Shown here: piece by piece, positions 16,528-26,100 of the stretch
Layout: every line of letters begins with the position of its first letter
How positions within the stretch are numbered: the stretch's first letter is position 1
NCBI GenBank assembly: GCA_002403305.1
Contig: DHHM01000023.1
Location: 129,365 to 193,364, forward strand
DNA: 64,000 nt
Source: Bacteroidales bacterium UBA4772
Lineage (GTDB): Bacteria > Bacteroidota > Bacteroidia > Bacteroidales > VadinHA17
Reading direction: 5' to 3'
Notes under the pieces: model-generated
What the model was told of the DNA's origin: nothing
Seen by the model: the letters and a program-made list of their open reading frames with translations, nothing else
Databases searched by the model: none
Position numbers and translations under genes: made by a program

Positions 16528-18003
16528 TTATTGCGATACAATACGCTCGTTTGATTCCAGATATTCAGTCATGACATTTTCATGGTTGAATGATACCATC
16601 ATGTGATATACTTCCGGGATCTGTTGCGACAACCGGATGAGGATTTCGGCAGGGATGGAAGTGTGGCTGAAGGGAACTGCCTTGACATATTCCTGCAGAT
16701 CATCTGCCTTGCGGCCGTACTTGTAATCATAAGTAAATGAACCGTCGTCGCGCAGTTCCACCTTCCTGTTGAGAACGTTCGGAACGCTTACAAAGAATTC
16801 GCTTGCACTCAATCCGGTGTTGTTCAGTAAGTTTTTGTCGGCCAGGTGAGCATAAAGCTGCTCTGCGACTACCGAGGCCGGGTTGACCAGGATCAGGTCC
16901 TCCGCTATCAGTGATCGGTAAATATATACACCGTTTTCCTGGTAGTTCCTAAGGCGTTCAAACTCCTTCCTGAAAGTCTCAATGAAAAAGGGATAATGGG
17001 TGCACGCCAGCACTACTGAGTTAAGAGTCAGGGCTTCCGGGGTGTTCCTGATTTTTTCCATCAGGCTCACAACATGGAAGGCGATATAGTTTTCAACCGA
17101 GTTGATCTGAATGTTTTCCGGAGCTGCAGTGTCACCTTCAAAGAGCATCGCGCTGTTTTCAAGGTCAAAATCATAACGGTTCCATAGCCGGAGGTCTATC
17201 TTCATCTCTCCTGTGCAGGTATCTGAAGGACCCCTGTAACCCGTTCGGGGTGCTGTGGCCTTCCTGTCAATAGCCTCCGCACTCTCGTCTATGGCCTCTG
17301 CAATGCCTATGCCTGCCTGCTGGAATACCTGTATCTCCTCTTCTTGCCCGTCAGCTTTGTTAACCTTACTTATGCTCCTGGGATAGGCTCCTGACCTTAC
17401 CGTTCCGTCAGTAGCCATTACAGCTATTGTGCCGTTCTCTCCCGGAGAGAAATTTCCGAAAGCACCCAGGGCACCCGCTTCCACCACCCCAATGACGCCG
17501 ATATCGGAGCCGGCCTCTGAAAGAAAGTGCCTGACGGTGTCGAGGGCATAGGCGGTTGCCGTGTTGCATGCAATAACTATGGCCTTTACAGGACTCTTGT
17601 CAGTCTCATATTTGCGCGCACCGGCTGAGCGGTAGTATTTATTGCCGAGGAGGAACTGAACATCTTTCATGACATGTTCAATGAGTAGCGGAGTGTTGCC
17701 CTCGAGGGCATAGCTTCCGTAGGGCATGTTGGCAAGATCGCCGTAGTATATATAAGATTCCTTTGCAAGCTCCTCATGGTTGATGATATCTGCAAGAACC
17801 GACAGTCCTCCGGTTCCGGAGTCGAAGACTCCTATTGGCAGTGAACTGTTGGCTGATGGATAATTTTTGAAGTCGATATAATAGAAACTGCGCGGGTGAT
17901 TAATTATGGCATCCCCGATTCCGCCGGGTTTGTCACAGGAGATGAGGATCAGCGTTAAAAGGGCAACCGAAATGATACTTCTGATAGAGAGATGGTTTTC
18001 CAT
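16528..18003 (-). CDS. Glutamate-racemase (Asp/Glu racemase) homologue with lipoprotein signal, internal insertion and C-terminal extension
   Basis: Lipobox LILISC|DK. MurI motifs are kept: IGVFDSGTGGLSVL, YYGDLANMPYG, VIACNTATA (Cys 1), LACTHYPF (Cys 2). Length is 491 aa versus ~270 aa for MurI. Confidence 0.7.
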   Translation of the reverse strand: MENHLSIRSIISVALLTLILISCDKPGGIGDAIINHPRSFYYIDFKNYPSANSSLPIGVFDSGTGGLSVLADIINHEELAKESYIYYGDLANMPYGSYALEGNTPLLIEHVMKDVQFLLGNKYYRSAGARKYETDKSPVKAIVIACNTATAYALDTVRHFLSEAGSDIGVIGVVEAGALGAFGNFSPGENGTIAVMATDGTVRSGAYPRSISKVNKADGQEEEIQVFQQAGIGIAEAIDESAEAIDRKATAPRTGYRGPSDTCTGEMKIDLRLWNRYDFDLENSAMLFEGDTAAPENIQINSVENYIAFHVVSLMEKIRNTPEALTLNSVVLACTHYPFFIETFRKEFERLRNYQENGVYIYRSLIAEDLILVNPASVVAEQLYAHLADKNLLNNTGLSASEFFVSVPNVLNRKVELRDDGSFTYDYKYGRKADDLQEYVKAVPFSHTSIPAEILIRLSQQIPEVYHMMVSFNHENVMTEYLESNERIVSQ

Positions 18004-18149
18004 GTCCGGCAGGTTAGGGGTGGATTATGTTCCATAAATATAACATGTCAGCCGTAATTTGCAATGTCTGATGCTGTGCAACATCTATCCGGTTTTGGTG
18101 GTTCGTTATGATTTTTTTCGATGGATAGACCCTGATATTAAAAAAACAC

Positions 18150-18157
18150 TACTTTTG
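18150..18157 (+). promoter_or_regulatory. -7 box (TAnnTTTG) candidate for arsR
   Basis: TACTTTTG directly abuts operator copy 1. Confidence 0.35.
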
Positions 18158-18175
18158 TTTCGTCGTTTCCCGAAA
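18158..18175. promoter_or_regulatory. Palindromic operator copy 1 (TTTCG-N8-CGAAA), putative ArsR site
   Basis: gTTTCGtcgtttccCGAAAtga, ending 2 nt before the arsR ATG. Confidence 0.45.
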
Positions 18176-18179
18176 TGAA

Positions 18180-18497
18180 ATGGAAGCCAGGCAGGCCAGG
18201 AAAAAATATTATTCAGATGATCAGGAGAAGCTGGCGAGGTATGCCAAGGCACTCTCTCACCCGGTCAGGGTATTCGTAATGGATTTTCTGGCAAACAATC
18301 TCGACAAATGCTGTTACAGCGGTGATATGGCAGAGGAACTGCCCATAGCCCGCTCAACCCTGTCAGAACATCTTAAGGAGCTGAAGAAGGCGGGGCTGAT
18401 ACAGGGAGAAATCAATCCTCCCTATATTAAATACTGCATCAACAGAGAGAATTGGGACGAGGCGAAATTGTTACTGAATAAATTTTTCAAGCGATAA
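18180..18497 (+). CDS. arsR: ArsR/SmtB-family metalloregulator
   Basis: Winged-HTH core ALSHPVRVFVMDFL...IARSTLSEHLKELKKAGLI with a vicinal Cys pair (DKCCYSG) at the position of the As(III)-binding ELCVCDL motif. Confidence 0.8.
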   Translation: MEARQARKKYYSDDQEKLARYAKALSHPVRVFVMDFLANNLDKCCYSGDMAEELPIARSTLSEHLKELKKAGLIQGEINPPYIKYCINRENWDEAKLLLNKFFKR

Positions 18498-18513
18498 AAA
18501 ATTTAATATGATA

Positions 18514-18531
18514 TTTCGACGTTTTACGAAA
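18514..18531. promoter_or_regulatory. Palindromic operator copy 2
   Basis: aTTTCGacgttttaCGAAAtga. The TGA ends exactly 16 nt before the ATG at 18551. Confidence 0.4.
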
Positions 18532-18550
18532 TGAAAGGAGAATAAGAGAT

Positions 18551-18784
18551 ATGGAGATTAAAATTCTGGGCCCGGGGTGCCCCAAATGCAAAACCCTTGA
18601 GAAACTGACACGTGAGGTTGTGGAGCAGAATGGAATTGAAGCCACTGTTTCAAAAGTTGAGGATATCGTGGCCATAATGAACTACGGTGTGATGACGACC
18701 CCGGCCCTTGTGGTCAATGAGAAGGTTGTTCTGAAGGGAAGGCTGCCTTCAGCTGATGAGCTTAAAAAGTTATTAATCAACTAA
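18551..18784 (+). CDS. Thioredoxin-family small protein (redox-active disulfide protein 2 type)
   Basis: MEIKILGPGCPKCKTLE... CXXC near the N-terminus, ..YGVMTTPALVVN.. 77 aa. Confidence 0.85.
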   Translation: MEIKILGPGCPKCKTLEKLTREVVEQNGIEATVSKVEDIVAIMNYGVMTTPALVVNEKVVLKGRLPSADELKKLLIN

Positions 18785-18798
18785 ATAATGATAGACCG

Positions 18799-19239
18799 AT
18801 GAGGAAGATAATCTGGATTTCAGTAATTGTTGTTGCTCTGGCTGCCTTTCTGGCATTCAGGCCTGGCATCAAAGCTGATGTTGCTTCTGACACAACTGCA
18901 ATCGCGGCTGATAAGGTGGAGGTATATTATTTTCACTTTTCGCGCAGGTGTGTTACATGCATTGCAGTTGAAAACAAAGCTCAGGAAGCTATAGTTGCTC
19001 TCTATCCTGACGAATACAGTAAAGGAACAATCACATTCGCTTCGGTAAATCTTGAGGATGAGAAGAGTAAGCCGCTCGCTGAAAAGGCAAAAGTCACAGG
19101 GCAGGCACTGGTGATCATGAGCGGTGATTTCAGGAAGGATCTTACAGCTGAAGGTTTCATGTATGCCAATAATAACTTCGGGAAGTTTAAGGCTGAGATC
19201 AAAAAAACAATTGATCCACTCGTGAGGGAGATAAAATAA
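18799..19239 (+). CDS. Membrane-anchored thioredoxin-fold protein, ArsF-family-like
   Basis: N-terminal TM/signal, VEVYYFHFSRRCVTC motif (CXXC). Family name is from memory of PGAP naming and is not verified. Confidence 0.5.
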   Translation: MRKIIWISVIVVALAAFLAFRPGIKADVASDTTAIAADKVEVYYFHFSRRCVTCIAVENKAQEAIVALYPDEYSKGTITFASVNLEDEKSKPLAEKAKVTGQALVIMSGDFRKDLTAEGFMYANNNFGKFKAEIKKTIDPLVREIK

Positions 19240-19242
19240 TCA

Positions 19243-19944
19243 ATGGAGCTTCTGCAGCGAATACTTGAGAATTCGCAGTACGCATTTATAACAGCGGCCA
19301 TTCTGGGGCTGATGACCGCCATCAGCCCCTGCCCGCTGGCAACGAATATTTCGGCAATAGGTTTTATCAGCCGTGATCTTACTGACCGGAGAAGGGTATT
19401 TCTCAACGGGCTTGTTTATACTCTGGGAAGGGCAATCACCTATGTGGGTTTAGCCCTGATCATTTTCTTCGGCGCCAGCCAGATGGATATCTCCGGCTGG
19501 TTCCAGAAATGGGGAGAAAAACTGCTGGGTCCGGTTCTGATCCTGATAGGTCTCTTCATGCTCGACTTTATCAAATTCAAGCTTCCGGGCGTCATGGGAT
19601 CGATCACGGAGAAGATAGGGGAGAGGGGCAGGAAGAGTTATCTGAATACCCTTTTGCTGGGAATTCTGTTTGCCATGGCATTCTGCCCATACAGCGGAGT
19701 TTTATACTTCGTAATGCTGATACCTATGACTGTGGCCAGTGCTGACGGACTCTATCTGCCCCTGATTTTTGCCATCGCCACCGGAATTCCTGTAATCATT
19801 TTTGCATGGTTGCTGGCTTATGCGGTAAGCAATGTTGGAAAGATGTACAGCCGGATCAAGACCTTCGAGATCTGGTTCAGGAGGGTGGTTGCCGGACTGT
19901 TCATCGGAGTGGGGATATACTATATTATAATAGCCATATTTTAA
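19243..19944 (+). CDS. CcdA/DsbD-like thiol-disulfide membrane transporter (ArsG-family-like)
   Basis: Six hydrophobic segments with Cys in TM1 (..AISPCPLATN..) and a later AFCPYSG. Lies 3 nt after the preceding gene. Confidence 0.65.
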   Translation: MELLQRILENSQYAFITAAILGLMTAISPCPLATNISAIGFISRDLTDRRRVFLNGLVYTLGRAITYVGLALIIFFGASQMDISGWFQKWGEKLLGPVLILIGLFMLDFIKFKLPGVMGSITEKIGERGRKSYLNTLLLGILFAMAFCPYSGVLYFVMLIPMTVASADGLYLPLIFAIATGIPVIIFAWLLAYAVSNVGKMYSRIKTFEIWFRRVVAGLFIGVGIYYIIIAIF

Positions 19945-19962
19945 AAAAAAATTATATATGCA

Positions 19963-19980
19963 TTTCGGGTTTTCACGAAA
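19963..19980. promoter_or_regulatory. Palindromic operator copy 3
   Basis: cATTTCGggttttcaCGAAATGa (7-bp arms). The TGA again ends exactly 16 nt before the ATG at 20000. Confidence 0.4.
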
Positions 19981-19999
19981 TGATAATCTTTAGCTTAAA

Positions 20000-21343
20000 A
20001 TGGAACTGAAAAAGGAACTGAAGATCCTGCTGTGGATCACTGTTGTATTTGTCTTTGCGTTTTTCATGCCGATTGAAAGCGCCCGTTTCAACACTGCGAT
20101 TGCGGCGACTTTTGATCTGGTAAAGTGGTATGCAAGGGAGCATGTTATTCTTTGCCTTCTGCCGGCATTCTTCATCGCCGGTGTTATATCGGTATTTGTC
20201 AGCCAGGGGTCGGTGATCAGGTATTTCGGAGCCAATGCAAAGAAATGGCTTGCATACTCCGTTGCCGCCGTCTCCGGAACCATTCTGGCAGTCTGTTCAT
20301 GCACAATACTGCCGCTCTTCTCAAGCATTCACAAACGCGGTGCAGGTCTAGGCCCGGCAATAGCATTTCTCTATTCCGGTCCGGCAATCAATATTTTGGC
20401 GATCATTCTTACGGCCCGCATCCTGGGCTTTGAAATGGGTGTTGCACGTGTTATAGGGGCTGTGGTTTTCAGCGTGGTGATAGGACTGATCATGTCACTG
20501 GTCTACCGTAATGAGGAGAAGCAGAAAAGAGAGGATCAGATGAACCTGATGGTAGAGCCCGAAGGAAGACCGATGTGGCAGACGATGACTCATTTCTTTA
20601 CAATGGTGCTGATACTCGTATTTGCCAACTGGGGTAGCCCGGCTGCCAATGATACATCAAGTGCCTGGTACTATATCTATTCATACAAATGGTATATAAC
20701 GGGATTTTTCAGCCTGGTGCTTGCATGGTCACTGATTAAGATCCTTAAAATTAAATGGCAGTGGGTATTGGCCGCCGCAGTTGTGACTGTGGTATCGGTA
20801 TTCTTGTCGAATTCACTGATTGAAAGTGATAAGCTGAGGCCATTGGTCCCGATGATTGTCGGAATAGCTGCGCTAAGCGTTATAACATTATTTGATAAAC
20901 AGGACGATGAAAACCGTGAATGGACCCTCTCAACATGGGGATTCGCCAAGCAGATTATCCCCCTCCTTGGAATCGGCGTGGTGATTGCCGGGTTTCTCCT
21001 TGGCTCTACCCACGACGGCCAGAGTATCCCGGGTGTAGTCCCGAATGAATGGATCGCAAAGCTGGTAGGAGGTAATTCAATATTATCAAACTTCTTTGCA
21101 TCAATAGTGGGCGCATTCATGTATTTCGCCACACTGACTGAGGTGCCTATTCTGCAGGGGCTGATAGCCTCAGGAATGGGTAAAGGCCCGGCCCTGGCTC
21201 TTCTCCTTGCAGGACCTTCGCTCTCGCTTCCCAATATGCTGGTTATACGAGGTATTATTGGAAATCAAAAGACTGCGGTATACGTCAGCCTTGTAGTTGT
21301 AATGGCAACTATTTCGGGGTTGATCTATGGTTCAATTTTTTAA
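20000..21343 (+). CDS. Two-domain permease (COG0701 / ArsP-like putative organoarsenical or metalloid permease)
   Basis: 447-aa polytopic protein with the SCTILPLF Cys-containing motif typical of this permease family, in an ars context. Confidence 0.7.
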   Translation: MELKKELKILLWITVVFVFAFFMPIESARFNTAIAATFDLVKWYAREHVILCLLPAFFIAGVISVFVSQGSVIRYFGANAKKWLAYSVAAVSGTILAVCSCTILPLFSSIHKRGAGLGPAIAFLYSGPAINILAIILTARILGFEMGVARVIGAVVFSVVIGLIMSLVYRNEEKQKREDQMNLMVEPEGRPMWQTMTHFFTMVLILVFANWGSPAANDTSSAWYYIYSYKWYITGFFSLVLAWSLIKILKIKWQWVLAAAVVTVVSVFLSNSLIESDKLRPLVPMIVGIAALSVITLFDKQDDENREWTLSTWGFAKQIIPLLGIGVVIAGFLLGSTHDGQSIPGVVPNEWIAKLVGGNSILSNFFASIVGAFMYFATLTEVPILQGLIASGMGKGPALALLLAGPSLSLPNMLVIRGIIGNQKTAVYVSLVVVMATISGLIYGSIF

Positions 21344-21354
21344 AATTAACAACA

Positions 21355-21408
21355 ATGCTTGACATTACGGTACTGGGCCCGGGATGCACAAACTGCGTCA
21401 GGCTTTAA
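21355..21408 (+). pseudogene. 17-codon stub of a second thioredoxin-family (redox-active disulfide protein 2) gene
   Basis: ATG at 21355 gives MLDITVLGPGCTNCVRL*, matching the first 17 aa of the 18551 protein (MEIKILGPGCPKCKTL), then stops. Confidence 0.5.
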
Positions 21409-21451
21409 GAAGTTTTAACCCTTTTGGTAAGTCAGTTACATCAGAAGTAAT

Positions 21452-21459
21452 TACATTTG
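21452..21459 (+). promoter_or_regulatory. -7 box (TAnnTTTG) candidate for the metal-efflux operon
   Basis: TACATTTG, 50 nt upstream of the ATG at 21509. Confidence 0.3.
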
Positions 21460-21508
21460 CCGAATATATTAATACTTGCGCAAAGGACGAAAGATAAAGA
21501 GCTGGTCA

Positions 21509-21856
21509 ATGGTGCTCTGCATGCTGATAATACTGGCACACAGTATTATTCCTCACAACCATGCGGAGAATAATCCGGCATTGCTGCACGGGCATGATTT
21601 TATAACTTTGTGCAGCCATGATGCCAATGCAGTTACCGCTGAATTTCATGATCAGTGTGAAGAGTCTCCGGTATGCCGGATCTCCGGACTGCTTTTTCAC
21701 CAGCTCTCACAAGACAATCTTCCGGCACCCTCAGACTCACCGGATTTTGCTTTTCTGGTCTGGGAAATTGAATCAAGTCTAATTTTCATTGATCAATACT
21801 TTTACAGGGAACTTTTGCCCGGGTCAACTTTATTGCGCGCCCCACCGTCAGCATAA
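21509..21856 (+). CDS. Small His/Cys-rich membrane-anchored protein preceding the RND operon
   Basis: ATG at 21509 (MVLCMLIILAHSIIPHNHAENN...). The track start at 21476 is a TTG. There are 7 His and 4 Cys in the first ~70 aa, and the protein ends ..LLRAPPSA. Confidence 0.5.
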   Translation: MVLCMLIILAHSIIPHNHAENNPALLHGHDFITLCSHDANAVTAEFHDQCEESPVCRISGLLFHQLSQDNLPAPSDSPDFAFLVWEIESSLIFIDQYFYRELLPGSTLLRAPPSA

Positions 21857-21913
21857 CCCGCCTCCCACAGGATGTTCAATCAATTTTAACTGATATTTTA
21901 ATTATGCTGACAA

Positions 21914-23092
21914 ATGAAATCTATATTATATATGTTGTTTGTCCTGCTGCTGGCAGGAATCGCCGCATGTGCCCCGAACTCTGATCCCGGTCATGAATCA
22001 GAAGAGGAACATGACCACGAGGCTGTAACTACCAGTGTCCATGAGGAGGAACCTGGCCCAGCAACTGTCACCACCGGTTCCCGGGCTCATGACTCTGCTC
22101 ATTTTGAGATCGTTACCCTTGCGATGCAACCATTTTCTTTTGTTTTGAAAACGGGAGGCCGGATCATGGCCGATAACCGGGATCTGATCACGATCACTTC
22201 CAAATCATCAGGACTCGTAAAATTCGGTGAAGAATTTTTGTTGCCGGGAGTGAAGGTTTCACAAGGGCAGGCACTCTTCAGCGTTGCCGGAGGGAATCTG
22301 TCTGATGACAACACGGATCTTAGATTCCGGCAGATCAAGTCTGATCTTGACCGTGCCAGAATGAATTTTGAGAGGGCTGAAAAACTTATTGCCGAAAGGA
22401 TAATAACCGAAGAGCATTATCTGGCGGCCAGGAATGAGTTTGAAAAGATCAGCAGCGAGTATGATAACATTGAGGCCGTCTACGATACGGGAGGCAGCAG
22501 GGTTATCGCTCCTGTTTCAGGATACATCCGCGACATTTTTGTTGCCGATGGACAGAAGGTCATGGCAGGTCAGCCAATGGCATCAGTGATCTCAGGCCGC
22601 GGACTTGTTTTGAGGGCTGATGTCAGGCCTGATGACCTGGCCGCCGCTTCATCAGCTGTGGGTGCCAATTTCAAGGTTGGGTACAGCGACAGGATATTCA
22701 AAACCGTTGAAATGAACGGCCGGAAAATATCCTACGGCAAGAGTACGGGGGAGAGTTCACTCCTAATCCCGGTTTACTTTAGTCTCGATTATGAGCCGGA
22801 GCTGATCGAGGGGACCTATGCTGAGGTCTATCTTATAGGCAGGCAGACAGCCGATGCATTGACGGTTCCCAACAGTGCGCTTATGGAGGAGTTCGGAAGG
22901 CTCTACGTTTTTGTTGCACATGAAGATGGCGACTTTGAAAAAAGGTACATCACCACCGGTTACAGCGACGGAGAAAAGACCCAGGTGCTTTCAGGGCTCA
23001 ATGAGGGAGAGCGTATTGTTGCCGCAGACACATATCTGGTGAAACTGTCTCAGATGTCTGCCTCTGCTCCTGCACACGCTCACAACCATTAA
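21914..23092 (+). CDS. Efflux RND periplasmic adaptor (CzcB/CusB-like) lipoprotein
   Basis: Lipobox GIAAC. His/Glu-rich N-terminus (GHESEEEHDHEA) and C-terminus (APAHAHNH). Coiled-coil hairpin region. Confidence 0.85.
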   Translation: MKSILYMLFVLLLAGIAACAPNSDPGHESEEEHDHEAVTTSVHEEEPGPATVTTGSRAHDSAHFEIVTLAMQPFSFVLKTGGRIMADNRDLITITSKSSGLVKFGEEFLLPGVKVSQGQALFSVAGGNLSDDNTDLRFRQIKSDLDRARMNFERAEKLIAERIITEEHYLAARNEFEKISSEYDNIEAVYDTGGSRVIAPVSGYIRDIFVADGQKVMAGQPMASVISGRGLVLRADVRPDDLAAASSAVGANFKVGYSDRIFKTVEMNGRKISYGKSTGESSLLIPVYFSLDYEPELIEGTYAEVYLIGRQTADALTVPNSALMEEFGRLYVFVAHEDGDFEKRYITTGYSDGEKTQVLSGLNEGERIVAADTYLVKLSQMSASAPAHAHNH

Positions 23093-23102
23093 TCCTGCCA
23101 CC

Positions 23103-26100
23103 ATGCTTGATAAAATAATAGACTATTCCTTACGGAACAGGCTGAGCATCGTCATAGGAGCTCTCCTTCTGATAATCACCGGAACCATTGTTACATTGCG
23201 GATGGATATTGATATTTTCCCGGAGCTGACAGCCCCGACGGTTGTAATAATGACCGAGGCAAGCGGAATGGCACCGGAAGAGGTTGAGACCCTTGTCTCA
23301 TTTCCAATTGAAACAGCAGTAAACGGAGCAACATCCATAAGGCGTGTAAGATCCACCTCAACAATGGGGTTCTCAATTGTATTCGTTGAATTTGACTGGG
23401 GGACGGATATATACAAAGCCCGGCAGACAGTTGCCGAGCGACTTATCCAGGCAAATGCCAAACTGCCTGAAGGGATTGAAAAGCCGGTCATTGCCCCGCA
23501 GACATCACTTTTGGGTGAGATGATGATCATCGCACTTGAATCGGACACGCTGACTCCCATGGAGATCAGAACGATGGCTGACTGGACCGTGGCACCCAGA
23601 CTGCTGGCAGTGGGTGGAGTAGCACAGGTCAATGTGATTGGAGGTGATATAAAGGAATATCAGATTTTGGCTGATCCGCATAAGATGGATTTCTTCGGGG
23701 TAACAATGAGTGAACTGATTGATGCAAGCAAAGAGCTGAATACCAATACATCAGGATCATTCATTAATCAATACGGCAGCAAGTACATTGTCAGGGGCAT
23801 GGCAAGAAGCGACAGGCTGTCGGATCTGGCTAATTCTGTGGTCAAAGTCTCGGAAGGCACCCCTGTGAGAATAGGCGACATCGCTTCTGTAGAGATTGGC
23901 AGCACACCTGCTATAGGAACAGGATCCTACCGGGGAAGGAGTGCGGTGCTGTTGACAATTACCCGGCAACCAGATGCGAATACTGTTGCCCTGGCCGGTG
24001 ATATTAAGGATGTTATCAGTGACATACAGGCTAATGCAGGCTCATCGCTCACTTTTCATGATGATATCTACAACCAGGCTGAGTTTATTAATACTTCCAT
24101 CAGGAATGTGCTCAAGGCGCTGCTGGAAGGCGGAATATTTGTAGTCATCATTCTCTTCTTATTCCTGTTCAATGTCAGGACCACGATCATCTCTCTTCTG
24201 GCGATGCCGCTGTCACTTCTTGTGGCCATTATCACCCTGAAATTTCTCGGCTACACTGTCAACACAATGAGTCTTGGCGGTATGGCAATAGCCATTGGCT
24301 CATTGGTTGATGACGCCATCATTGACGTAGAGAACATATACAGGCAACTGCGCAAAAATGTCCTTCTGACTCCGGAAAAAAGGGAGCCTACAACCAGGGT
24401 TGTTTTCAGGGCATCATCAGAGGTCAGATCCTCAATCTGGAATGCCACGCTCATTATCATCATAACATTTGTTCCGTTGTTTTTCCTTGGTGATCTTGAG
24501 GGAAGAATGCTGAGACCGCTTGGAATTTCTTTCATAGTTTCCCTCTTTGCCTCACTGATAGTTGCAGTCACTCTGACGCCGGTGCTGAGCAGCTATCTCC
24601 TGACTGATGAAAAACGGCTACTGCGGGCAGTGAACGGATCCTGGACTGAAAGGAACCTGGGCAGAATCTATCGCAATGCACTTCAGTTTACTTTAAACAG
24701 AAGCAGATGGCTGATCGGACTGACTGCAGCCATCTTCCTGATATCAGTTTTCATGCTCACAAGAGCGGGAAGCTCTTTCCTGCCGAATTTCAATGAGGGG
24801 GCGCTGACTGTAAACATATCACTCACCCCCGGTGTATCTCTTGAAGAATCAGCCAAAATAGGCGTCATGGCACAGGAGATAATGCTTGATATCCCTGAAG
24901 TCACCTCCGTAGCATGCAAGACAGGGAGGGCTGAACTGGCCGAACATTTCTTCAGCGAGAATATGTCAGAGCTGGATGTGCCCTTTGTGCTTTCCGGCAG
25001 AAGCAGGGAGGAGTTTTTCGCAGAAGTCCGGGAGAGACTCCGGGTGATACCCGGGGCAAGCATAGAAGTCGGTCAGCCCATAACTCACAGGATGGACAGG
25101 ATGCTGTCAGGTACCAAGGCCAACATTGCCATCAAACTCTTCGGAGATGACCTGAATGATCTTTACAGGACTGCAAACGTCATTAAATCTGAAATTGAAG
25201 ATATTCCGGGAATAGGCGACCTTAACGTCGAGCAACTGATTGAAATACCTCAGTTAAAGATAAAGCCTCGCCGTGAAATGCTTGCAAACTACGGTATCGG
25301 GATGAACAGTTTTAACTCATTTATATCCTATGCCATTGGCGGGCAAACTGTCTCAGATGTTTATGAAGAGGAGAAGCGGTTCCCGATCGTTGTAAGGATG
25401 AATGATGAATACAGGAGCACGATGGAGGGTATTCGCAGTTCCCTTATTGATACTCATGATGGAAGGAAGGTGCCGCTGTCATCTGTTGCTGAGATAGAAT
25501 CTTCATCAGGTCCCTCTTTAATCAACCGCGAGAATGTAAAGCGGCGGATCGTCATCTCGGTCAACACTGACGGACGCGATGTCGGCAGCGTTGTCAGAGA
25601 TATAAGGGAGAGGATAAATGCAGAGGTAACGCTGCCTCAGAATTACCATATTGAGTACGGCGGACAGTTTGAAAGTGCGGCAAACGCTTCCAGGAGACTG
25701 CTGACAACATCGGTAATAGCCCTTCTGATAATATTCCTTATTCTTTACCAGGAGTTTAGGAATAGTTCGCTGGCTCTGATTGTTCTCCTGAACCTGCCGC
25801 TGGCCCTGATTGGGGGTATTATTGCCATCAAACTCTCTTCAAATGTTGTGAGTATACCTTCAATTATAGGGTTTATTACACTATCCGGTATTGCCACCAG
25901 GAACGGCATACTTCTGATCTCAAGATATATTCGCCTCAAACAGGAAGGGAGGCCTCTCCGTGAACGGATCATCTCAGGGTCGGCTGACAGGCTAAACGCA
26001 ATTTTGATGACAGCCCTGACTGCCGCACTTGCACTTATACCCCTTGCCATGGGAGGAGACAGGCCGGGTAATGAGATCCAGAGTCCGATGGCCATCGTTA

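Noticed and set aside
23123-23632. Antisense or out-of-frame ORFs of 60-210 aa inside strongly supported genes (for example 23123-23632, 9815-10453, 35648-36061, 39814-40440, 42510-43010, 45004-45546, 59839-60465, 62791-63228)
   Set aside because: Each is fully embedded in a CDS with clear family motifs on the other strand or frame. Their sequences are Ser/Arg/Pro-rich and low-complexity, as is typical of shadow ORFs, and none carries a motif.
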